Shown: positions 56,527 through 64,000 of the stretch, piece by piece
How positions within the stretch are numbered: position 1 is the stretch's first letter
Layout: every line of letters starts with the position of its first letter
IMG/VR virus record: IMGVR_UViG_3300042731_007181
Source of the DNA: an uncultured virus (IMG/VR IMGVR_UViG_3300042731_007181)
Taxonomy: Duplodnaviria > Heunggongvirae > Uroviricota > Caudoviricetes
Length of the DNA: 64,000 bases
Strand: one strand, 5' to 3'
Notes under the pieces: generated by a model
Seen by the model: only the letters and a program-made list of their open reading frames with translations
Databases searched by the model: none
What the model was told of the DNA's origin: nothing
Made by a program: the position numbers and the translations under genes

Positions 56527-59500
56527 AATTTTTCTTGATTCAGAATAAATTTATCAATGAACTTATTCATAGAAGTACCACCCCTTCTCAATCCAAAGTA
56601 GAAGAAATACGGTGAACCCGCATGTATCTTGTTTTGGAACGAAGCTGGTTTAGAATCTGTCACCTCAACTTGATTACCTACAATGTTAGAATTATAAATG
56701 TAACCAGGTCTCTGTGTTGACGGCATCGATGTATTAGTACTGAAGGTATTTTGTGAGGTCATTCTATCTTCACTTTGGAACTGTACAGAACCAATACCAT
56801 CCTGAGACCTCTTACTATACCAATCATTCCATTGCGTTCCAAAGATTGTAGAACCTGTACTAACAATTTCCCATTTGTGGTACGGTACCAATTGGTCATT
56901 ATGACCATAGTTATCCGTCAAGAAGTTTGTAAGGGTATCTTCAAACGTAAATCTACCAGGACTAATCAAATCTCTGTTGATAGTATTAGCACTGAAGAAA
57001 ATACCCAATACAGGGTCATATACTCTATCGTTTACAGGTGCACCAGGATTAGATAGTTGTTGGATATATTTGATTTGACTATCCGAATAGTTTGAACCCA
57101 AATAAGGTACAACACCAAATTCAGAGTTGATACTCAATAATTGTGAAATATCACCATCCAATCTTTGGTTATCTCTTGAGAATAGTTTTGCAATTGAACC
57201 GTCACCCAAACCTATTATTTGTTCCCAGAATCCTGCGTCCGTCAATCTACTAATAGCAAACAACTGAAGAATATCTGATGTGTCATTATATGACGAACTT
57301 CTAATCTTATCCACAATGTACCCTTGGAATTCAGGGTTATAACAAATTTCTTTTGTGAATAAATCTCTTGGTCCTAAATCCATCATAGTCGTCGGATTAC
57401 CCAAGAACTTCTTATTAGCACCGTTAGAACGTCCGAGAATATTCACTAATGGTGTATTATCTCTACCGATAAATCTCTGACCTTGTGGTCGATTAGGATT
57501 GTATGGGGAAGCCCTATAGTAGAACGAATTAGTAACTATTTGATAGACAGCTGTATCTTTACAGTAAACATAAGTTGGGGAAGTGGTAAATGTAGTTTCA
57601 TTAACATCATTTCCATATACGTCATCTTTTTGGAATGCATACATATACAATGAACCATTTATCCAGTTGTTTACGAATGTTAAACTAACCACATTATTAC
57701 ATAAGGCAAACATCATTCTGAATCTTGCTCTCCATTCTGCAATGGATTGGAAGTCTTCACGAAAGGCAAAGTTCTTAGTTAAAAGGTAATAACAACCTTT
57801 GTACATCTTCTTAATTTCCTTTTTATCAGACATGTAGTAACATCTATCATCTTCAGGTAATACACCAATAGTTTCACCATTACCTGAATAACACTCCAAT
57901 GGTACCATACCTTCACAAGAGAATGTCTGATTGATTTGTGTTGCAATTGCACCAGCATCTTCATTGAAGTCATCTGCTCCATCTCCAAAACTATCACTCG
58001 ACTCTAAATTGAACGATACAGATGTACCATCATCACCGACGGTATAAATCGCAAACCTCTTATTTTGATGTAGTTGGAATCTTTTGTAAGGGTCATCTGA
58101 AGTTGGTAACCTATCCGTTCTCATCACAATTTTTTGCGAATTCAACATAGGTAAATCCAAATTAGGATTTAATTGATAATATACAGGTGAAACATAAGAC
58201 CAATCACCATTACCTAATCCCAACTTCTGAGCTGCAGTATTATCATTATTTTTAGACTGAATAAGACTTCCACCTTCTACCACCTCATCATTTCTATAAT
58301 TAAATTTCCAAGCACTATTACCACCTTCCATTTGACTCCAAGAACCAGGAGAATTTACAGTCCTTACTGCTTGGTTTTCTGTTTTGACTGAATTTTTATA
58401 AAACGCATTATTAGGATAAATTTGATTATTATCAATCTGATAATCCATCGATGAATAAAACTTAATGTTTTTATTCTTATAGGTTTGGTACATGTTATTG
58501 TTTGGACTAAATGAAAATGAATTAAAATAGATTGGTAATCCTGTTTCAGTACAGTTTTGTCCATTTGCGCCAATTCGATTATGTCTTGGTATTCTCCAAT
58601 CTGAGTTGGCGTTTGGATATGGTTGAATTGGAATATTCATTTTGAAATTACCCCTTACCTGCGGACCGTTACCCATAGTGTACCCATATAATTTTGATAA
58701 ATCATATTTGATGTCTTGTCTTGGGGTATGTGGGTCAACACCCCTAACTAAAAATATTACACAGTGGTCTTCCCAATCAGAATTAAGCTTAATATTTGGC
58801 ACTTCATGTTCGAAATAATTATTACTGGTGTTCCCATTTGGGTACACATCAGGATTTTTAGTACCAAAACTATAAAACTTTTCCACTTTTTGCCAACCAA
58901 AAATGTAAAACTGACCGAGAGTATTGTTGGGAGTACCATATGTTGACAATCCTTTAGCAGTACTGTGTAATGTGTTTTCAAATTCAGAAAGTGTCTGACC
59001 TGTAATTACTTGGAAATACTCAATATCAGTACCAAATTCATAGTTTACTGAACTTGCGGTTTCACCTGTAATTGTATATGTCTTTTGTGCCGAACCTAAC
59101 GTATCAGGGTCCATATATGTAACTGTAACATTAGAAGTACTTTGATTTTGGAACACTGTAGTACCTGTTGTTGTCCCACTAACATTAGGGTCATTTGTAT
59201 TCTCAGGATTATTAAATGTGACTATTGTTCCTGATTTGAACGAATTTAATTGACCTGGGTCGAGTAACAACATCAAAACATTATCACTGTGTTTTTTGAA
59301 ATTATTTTGAGTTGGATTTACATAAGTATCAATCCTATTTTGTCCACCAAATTGGTGGTATTTTGCCTTAACATTGAATAAATTAAACCTCTCACTTAGG
59401 GTTAAGTCTCTTGACCATGTCTTTGCCTTAGCTTGTGGATTATCCCCACCCTTCAACCAAGGAGTTAGTGATTTAATCTCATTGTCACCCTCATATATAT

Positions 59501-61775
59501 CATTACCGGCCATAACCGTTTGGAAACCAAACGTAAATTTAGTCCAATCGGCCTTTTCATCATCATTATAACCCACTAACCTGTCGTAGAAAGTGTTTAC
59601 ATTAGAATCAATTAGTAAAGTCGTATTATCTTCTATTTCAGGTAAGTTTTGACCTTCAGCCTCACCAGCTTCTCTACCCTCACAAGCACAAGCCTGACAC
59701 TCAGGATATGATAAGTTTGGTAAAGGAATTGCAGATAACGGACATTTTTTTGGTAAATTTATACGTGAATATTTCGGACATTTAACTCTTGCACCAAACA
59801 ACCATGCAACCCCATTGATAATATTACACAACAATACAAATATTGCAAATATCACTGATAAAATGACCGATAAGAGAAGTCTTAAAATAGGCCACAGGAA
59901 ACAAATTACATGACCAACCACTGTAATAGCTAATAGTATGGGTGTAAATAGTGTAACTAATAGATTAACAATTAAAAATAATAGACTGAAGTTTCTAACC
60001 CCATCATTCGTTGGGAACTTATTGGTGTCGTTCTCACATCCTCTATCCAAAATTTCTTTAATACCCAAGAACCTCGCTCGACCATAACCCGACCTATACT
60101 CGTCAATCATCTGTGACGGAGTATAAACCTTGTTGTAGTTCATCAAATAGAACGAATCCTCACATTGTACCGCAGCATCTTTATCTGCATATTCATCCCA
60201 ATCCAATGAGAACGCATAAGACTTTTGGAATTGAATGTAATCGTAGTCATACTGTTTCACCTCAACAGTAACATCCTGACCAAGAGTCTGTGGTGGGTTT
60301 CCAACTTCAATCGTAGTCTTAGTAACCTCAATAGTTAATGTACCACCATTAGGAAACTCAATCCACTTTTCATTTCTAACAACACCATTGACTGTCAGAT
60401 TGATTGCTTCAAGATTCTTATTATAAGGAATAGTAACCGTAGTATTTGACGGTATAGAAATACTTTTTGTTTCAGTAATCTGACTTTGGTTAGTGAAATC
60501 TACCTCAACAATAGTCTCAGTATCTTTAGTTGCTGGGTCTACTCCTGAATTTTGTACACTACCATTCCACCCATACTCACGGATTTGTGGAACAATAAAG
60601 TTGGCTCTTTGTACCTCCCCAACAATCGGGAAAATTTGGTCACCCTCGAAAGGTGGTCCATTCTCTTCAGATTGGTACTTAATCTTAAATCTATACTTAC
60701 CCTTTGTTGGAATACCAATGGTCGGGTCGTTAGATAATACGGTCTCACCAAATTCATTGGTAACCACATAATCTAAGTTCATTGGGATATCAGTGACAAA
60801 CGCACCATTCTCGTCAATTACTTTACCTGAGTTCGGTAAACTGTATTGTTCCAACACAGGGTCACCATTCTCATCCACATCAATAGTCTGTCTGACCGCT
60901 AAAATTTCACCAGGTCCCGTAGCTAAGTTACATAAGTCACCCTGTTCTGTTCTCGGTTTACAGTTTGGTTTTACAGGTCTACTTTCAACATCACTGAAGA
61001 CTGAACCCATAAACACCGCTGTTGGCTGAATTTCAATACCCAAATCCCTTAAATCGAAGTCGTTTCTCGTAATACCAATGTTACATAAGTCTTCTTGACC
61101 CCAAAAGGATGCCACATCAATATCTTTTACTGAACTGATAATTTGTGGTAATTCATCAATATTTTTGGAAGCTTTGAAGTTAGAACCGTCGAACTGTTCT
61201 GCAACCCCCATGTTCATTCTAATCAAATCCTGAGGTCTCAAAGAGAAACAACCCATATCTGATAAGTCCATGTCCAATACGATTTTCTGACTACCCAACG
61301 GTACACCAGTAATCATAAAGTCACCCGATGTGTTTGTTTTTACCGTAAATTTGTAGTATTTGTCATAAATCTCCAACACCTCACTACGAGTCATCACATC
61401 AGACCTCGAAGGGAAAGTCCCTGTCGGAGTATGTCCATTGTATTGTTTCTCGTATGGTAATAGATTATAACGGTATCCGTCCTCGTTTTTATCAGTTGGA
61501 CTCTTGTATGGATACAAAGTAGATATTACCGGGTCTTCGAGGTCCATATCATCCACAGGAATGAAGATAGACACCCTCGCGTTTGGAATACCAAAACCAC
61601 TGTTGGCAACAACCCTACCGACAACCACACCGTAATCAGCACAGAATCTGGAATAGACATCTTCCTGTCTCAACTTCAACGATAAGATTTCGAGGAAGTC
61701 AAAGTCTTGCTCAACATTCACACGAATGTTTTGGTCTGTCCCTAATTTTGTACGTATTCTATATGACTTAGACAT
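56523..61775 (-). CDS. large baseplate-associated protein with transthyretin/CarboxypepD_reg-like N-domain and hydrophobic hairpin
   Basis: GVVVGRV...IPNARVSIFIP and KTNTSGDFMITGVP; a ~65-aa hydrophobic stretch followed by a Cys cluster. Confidence 0.65.
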   Translation of the reverse strand: MSKSYRIRTKLGTDQNIRVNVEQDFDFLEILSLKLRQEDVYSRFCADYGVVVGRVVANSGFGIPNARVSIFIPVDDMDLEDPVISTLYPYKSPTDKNEDGYRYNLLPYEKQYNGHTPTGTFPSRSDVMTRSEVLEIYDKYYKFTVKTNTSGDFMITGVPLGSQKIVLDMDLSDMGCFSLRPQDLIRMNMGVAEQFDGSNFKASKNIDELPQIISSVKDIDVASFWGQEDLCNIGITRNDFDLRDLGIEIQPTAVFMGSVFSDVESRPVKPNCKPRTEQGDLCNLATGPGEILAVRQTIDVDENGDPVLEQYSLPNSGKVIDENGAFVTDIPMNLDYVVTNEFGETVLSNDPTIGIPTKGKYRFKIKYQSEENGPPFEGDQIFPIVGEVQRANFIVPQIREYGWNGSVQNSGVDPATKDTETIVEVDFTNQSQITETKSISIPSNTTVTIPYNKNLEAINLTVNGVVRNEKWIEFPNGGTLTIEVTKTTIEVGNPPQTLGQDVTVEVKQYDYDYIQFQKSYAFSLDWDEYADKDAAVQCEDSFYLMNYNKVYTPSQMIDEYRSGYGRARFLGIKEILDRGCENDTNKFPTNDGVRNFSLLFLIVNLLVTLFTPILLAITVVGHVICFLWPILRLLLSVILSVIFAIFVLLCNIINGVAWLFGARVKCPKYSRINLPKKCPLSAIPLPNLSYPECQACACEGREAGEAEGQNLPEIEDNTTLLIDSNVNTFYDRLVGYNDDEKADWTKFTFGFQTVMAGNDIYEGDNEIKSLTPWLKGGDNPQAKAKTWSRDLTLSERFNLFNVKAKYHQFGGQNRIDTYVNPTQNNFKKHSDNVLMLLLDPGQLNSFKSGTIVTFNNPENTNDPNVSGTTTGTTVFQNQSTSNVTVTYMDPDTLGSAQKTYTITGETASSVNYEFGTDIEYFQVITGQTLSEFENTLHSTAKGLSTYGTPNNTLGQFYIFGWQKVEKFYSFGTKNPDVYPNGNTSNNYFEHEVPNIKLNSDWEDHCVIFLVRGVDPHTPRQDIKYDLSKLYGYTMGNGPQVRGNFKMNIPIQPYPNANSDWRIPRHNRIGANGQNCTETGLPIYFNSFSFSPNNNMYQTYKNKNIKFYSSMDYQIDNNQIYPNNAFYKNSVKTENQAVRTVNSPGSWSQMEGGNSAWKFNYRNDEVVEGGSLIQSKNNDNTAAQKLGLGNGDWSYVSPVYYQLNPNLDLPMLNSQKIVMRTDRLPTSDDPYKRFQLHQNKRFAIYTVGDDGTSVSFNLESSDSFGDGADDFNEDAGAIATQINQTFSCEGMVPLECYSGNGETIGVLPEDDRCYYMSDKKEIKKMYKGCYYLLTKNFAFREDFQSIAEWRARFRMMFALCNNVVSLTFVNNWINGSLYMYAFQKDDVYGNDVNETTFTTSPTYVYCKDTAVYQIVTNSFYYRASPYNPNRPQGQRFIGRDNTPLVNILGRSNGANKKFLGNPTTMMDLGPRDLFTKEICYNPEFQGYIVDKIRSSSYNDTSDILQLFAISRLTDAGFWEQIIGLGDGSIAKLFSRDNQRLDGDISQLLSINSEFGVVPYLGSNYSDSQIKYIQQLSNPGAPVNDRVYDPVLGIFFSANTINRDLISPGRFTFEDTLTNFLTDNYGHNDQLVPYHKWEIVSTGSTIFGTQWNDWYSKRSQDGIGSVQFQSEDRMTSQNTFSTNTSMPSTQRPGYIYNSNIVGNQVEVTDSKPASFQNKIHAGSPYFFYFGLRRGGTSMNKFIDKFILNQEKL

Positions 61776-61788
61776 AATGCAGTTTTAA

Positions 61789-61806
61789 GATAAATACTTA
61801 TTTATC
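61789..61806. promoter_or_regulatory. palindromic back-to-back TATTTAT motifs (GATAAATA-CT-TATTTATC)
   Basis: The minus-strand copy is 14 nt upstream of ATG 61775; the plus-strand copy points into the baseplate gene. Confidence 0.6.
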
Positions 61807-61850
61807 CATTTTACAAATGTAAACCCACAAGTATCTGATGTAAATTATTA

Positions 61851-63689
61851 TTATTTGTAGTCGACGTTTTTAAGGTTCTTTACTCTGACCTTAATATCCT
61901 TCTCAGGGAACCTCACTTGATAGATTTGTGATGGTTCGGCAAAGATTGTCTCATCTATTAATTGAATCTCTTTCGTCTCATTATCAGAATATCTTTGAGA
62001 TGTTTCTGAAGATGAATATTGACCCCCAACCTTATTATAGATTTTCAAATCAGTGATTGATATTACACCTCCAACATTTTGAATGATTTGTTTCAACTGA
62101 GAAACGAATATATTCTGACCCATTGTTCTATCAGTCGGAGCCATAAATCTTGATACCTCATCAATAATTTTTGTGATAACAGTTCCTTGATTCTGACCTG
62201 AATCTAAAACAACAGATAAATCATACTCCAAATCAATGACCTGACCTACATTAACAGAAATGTAATCATTAATCATTCTGTATTTAGACAAATAATTGGC
62301 AATATTTTGTTTCAATGTATTCGATACTGTCTGTGTTAGACTACCATTAGAATCGTATGATAAAACATTGATATTGATTTTATTGTCTTTTTCAGTGATT
62401 GCCGTCTTAGCAGGTGCACCATATTTTCCTGGCATTTTTCTTATTAAAGCATTGTAGTCATTGATGGTAACCGCTCTGTTCTGAGATGCAAAGTTGAATG
62501 TTACCATATTTCTTACCTCTTCGATAGATGGTTGATTAGCACCACCGATAGCTGCTGTTACGTTATTTACAGTCAATGAATTGACGACTGTTTGATTGTT
62601 ATTATTTGATGGACCATTTACAAAGAAATTCACAGTCCCAACTTGATTGATTGCATTCACACCAATGTTAGATGCTGCGCCACCACCTACTCTATATTTG
62701 ACAAATAATGTTGTATTCGCCTTAACCGTCCTACCCAATCCAATATTATTTTGGTAATCTTGAATTCTCAACGATACACCGTTTCTTGCAAATTCAGCCA
62801 ATTGGTCATCGGCCGTTGTTGAACCACCACCAAATTGTACTTTCATAAAATTATTAGGTGTATACTCAGTGATAAATCTGTTTTCTGTTTCTATATACTT
62901 CCCTACTTTGATACCAGGTACATCAGATGGTTTAGTACTATCTTCAACAAACACAGTCGTTTCTGCCAACGATTCCACCTCATACCATCTATCCTGTGCA
63001 TTAACAAATTCAGTATATGTTGGTGTTGATTGGAATGACGTACCATCTTTTTGTATGATATCAACAACTTCTAATACATTTCTTTCAGGTAAGAAGAATT
63101 CGAAGAATGGTTTAACATCGTTAGGATTGATTACTTTTTTGAATACTTTGGTTAGACCGTTAACAACCACCTCTCTTTTTGTGATGGTATAGTTTACCAA
63201 TACATTATTAGAATCAAAATTAGGGATTTTAGTTCTGTTAGGGAAACCTTCATTATTGTATTGAGATGCAAAGTCTATATCATATACGTTCTCAAATACT
63301 TGACCTGCACCAATAACTTGTGAACCGGCTCTAAGAATACCTAAGTATCTTGAATCTTCTTGGTCACCGAGTGCCGGTACCGTAATCGAAAAATCGACAA
63401 TAGCCACCGATGGTCTATTACCTGGTATCTTCAATCCATAAGTTCTGGCTATATTGAATATAGATGAACGTTGTTGGGCGTATTGTAGAACAGTCTCTTG
63501 AATACTTCTATCAATATGGTAATTTAAGTTATCACCTATCGCGGCGTTGAGGTCCATTAACACTGAATAAACCGCAGCATCATTGAAGTTGTCTATAAGT
63601 TCAGGATAGTACTGTTTAGTATAATTTACTAAGTCCTGTCTTAGACCTTCGAAGTCTCTTTCCGTATATGAAATCTTTTTACCTGCCAT
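61851..63689 (-). CDS. baseplate wedge subunit (T4 gp6 / baseplate J-like)
   Basis: YTERDFEGLRQDL, FNIARTYG, VQFGGG, VKYRVGGG, GGANQPSIEEVR and QNRAVTINDY. Confidence 0.9.
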   Translation of the reverse strand: MAGKKISYTERDFEGLRQDLVNYTKQYYPELIDNFNDAAVYSVLMDLNAAIGDNLNYHIDRSIQETVLQYAQQRSSIFNIARTYGLKIPGNRPSVAIVDFSITVPALGDQEDSRYLGILRAGSQVIGAGQVFENVYDIDFASQYNNEGFPNRTKIPNFDSNNVLVNYTITKREVVVNGLTKVFKKVINPNDVKPFFEFFLPERNVLEVVDIIQKDGTSFQSTPTYTEFVNAQDRWYEVESLAETTVFVEDSTKPSDVPGIKVGKYIETENRFITEYTPNNFMKVQFGGGSTTADDQLAEFARNGVSLRIQDYQNNIGLGRTVKANTTLFVKYRVGGGAASNIGVNAINQVGTVNFFVNGPSNNNNQTVVNSLTVNNVTAAIGGANQPSIEEVRNMVTFNFASQNRAVTINDYNALIRKMPGKYGAPAKTAITEKDNKININVLSYDSNGSLTQTVSNTLKQNIANYLSKYRMINDYISVNVGQVIDLEYDLSVVLDSGQNQGTVITKIIDEVSRFMAPTDRTMGQNIFVSQLKQIIQNVGGVISITDLKIYNKVGGQYSSSETSQRYSDNETKEIQLIDETIFAEPSQIYQVRFPEKDIKVRVKNLKNVDYK

Positions 63690-63695
63690 CTACTA

Positions 63696-64000
63696 TTAAA
63701 TATTGATGATTATGAAATCTTTTGATTGGAATGTATTGTCGGTGATGGTATAATCTATTCTTAATTTTGCCGTATATTCTTCAACACCACGACCTGGTAA
63801 TCTATATATACCACCAATACCTAACTTTTCAGTATTCAAATCACCTTGAGCATCTAAATCATCCAAATAAGGTGTAATCGTTATTTCATTAATTGTTAAG
63901 TTAGGTATGTACTTTTCAACCGAATTTGTAATATCCTCTTTGATTGCTTCGAAGCTTGTACCATCCATCGGTTCGAAAATAAATTCATAAATTCGTGTTC
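63696..64000 (-). CDS. baseplate wedge gp25/GPW-like protein; 5'-partial
   Basis: The frame is open to the window edge: 'TRIYEFIFEPMD...IKEDITNSVEKYIPNLTI'. Confidence 0.85.
   Translation of the reverse strand, partial: TRIYEFIFEPMDGTSFEAIKEDITNSVEKYIPNLTINEITITPYLDDLDAQGDLNTEKLGIGGIYRLPGRGVEEYTAKLRIDYTITDNTFQSKDFIIINI

Noticed and set aside
1..64000. Stop-codon recoding (as in Lak or some crAss-like phages)
   Set aside because: Very long ORFs are intact under code 11, and both TAG and TGA end genes at tight junctions.
1..64000. Eukaryotic or giant-virus origin (mucins, GT60, PLOD); tRNA/rRNA genes
   Set aside because: Operonic overlaps, DnaG primase, gp25/gp6 baseplate genes and intrinsic terminators indicate a bacteriophage. 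Intergenic gaps are short and no RNA gene was recognised.

Overview
This window looks like a 64-kb segment of a large (jumbo/huge) contractile-tailed phage genome. It uses the standard code and almost every gene is on the - strand. The host is probably Bacteroidota (inference from SprB repeats, Flavobacterium-type 'FPRMT..QR.AI.SPA.GL.VY.TD' domains, A-rich starts without a Shine-Dalgarno, and a TTTG-19-TATCTTTA promoter). In transcription order (64000 to 1) it holds five blocks: (i) a baseplate/tail module (gp25-, gp6/J- and gp7/I-like); (ii) large Thr/Pro/Ser mucin-like, Cys-rich and SprB-repeat proteins plus three tail-fibre-like proteins; (iii) a translationally coupled five-gene glyco-modification operon (GT60 polypeptide/hydroxyproline alpha-GlcNAc transferase, NodU-type carbamoyltransferase, HtrL/YibB-like protein, SAM methyltransferase, FkbM-HtrL-GT-A fusion); (iv) directly downstream, a 2512-aa mucin-like protein with an N-terminal HINT domain, a trypsin-like protease and more mucin/SprB proteins; (v) a replication/recombination block (RuvC, primase, PD-(D/E)XK nuclease, SbcD, SbcC) with two PLOD-type 2OG-Fe(II) hydroxylases. 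The top hypothesis is a phage-encoded, eukaryote-like mucin-type O-glycosylation system that builds a glycan coat on the virion. Two promoter classes and three small ORFs missing from the ORF track are also visible. Family assignments come from motif recognition only; no database search was run.
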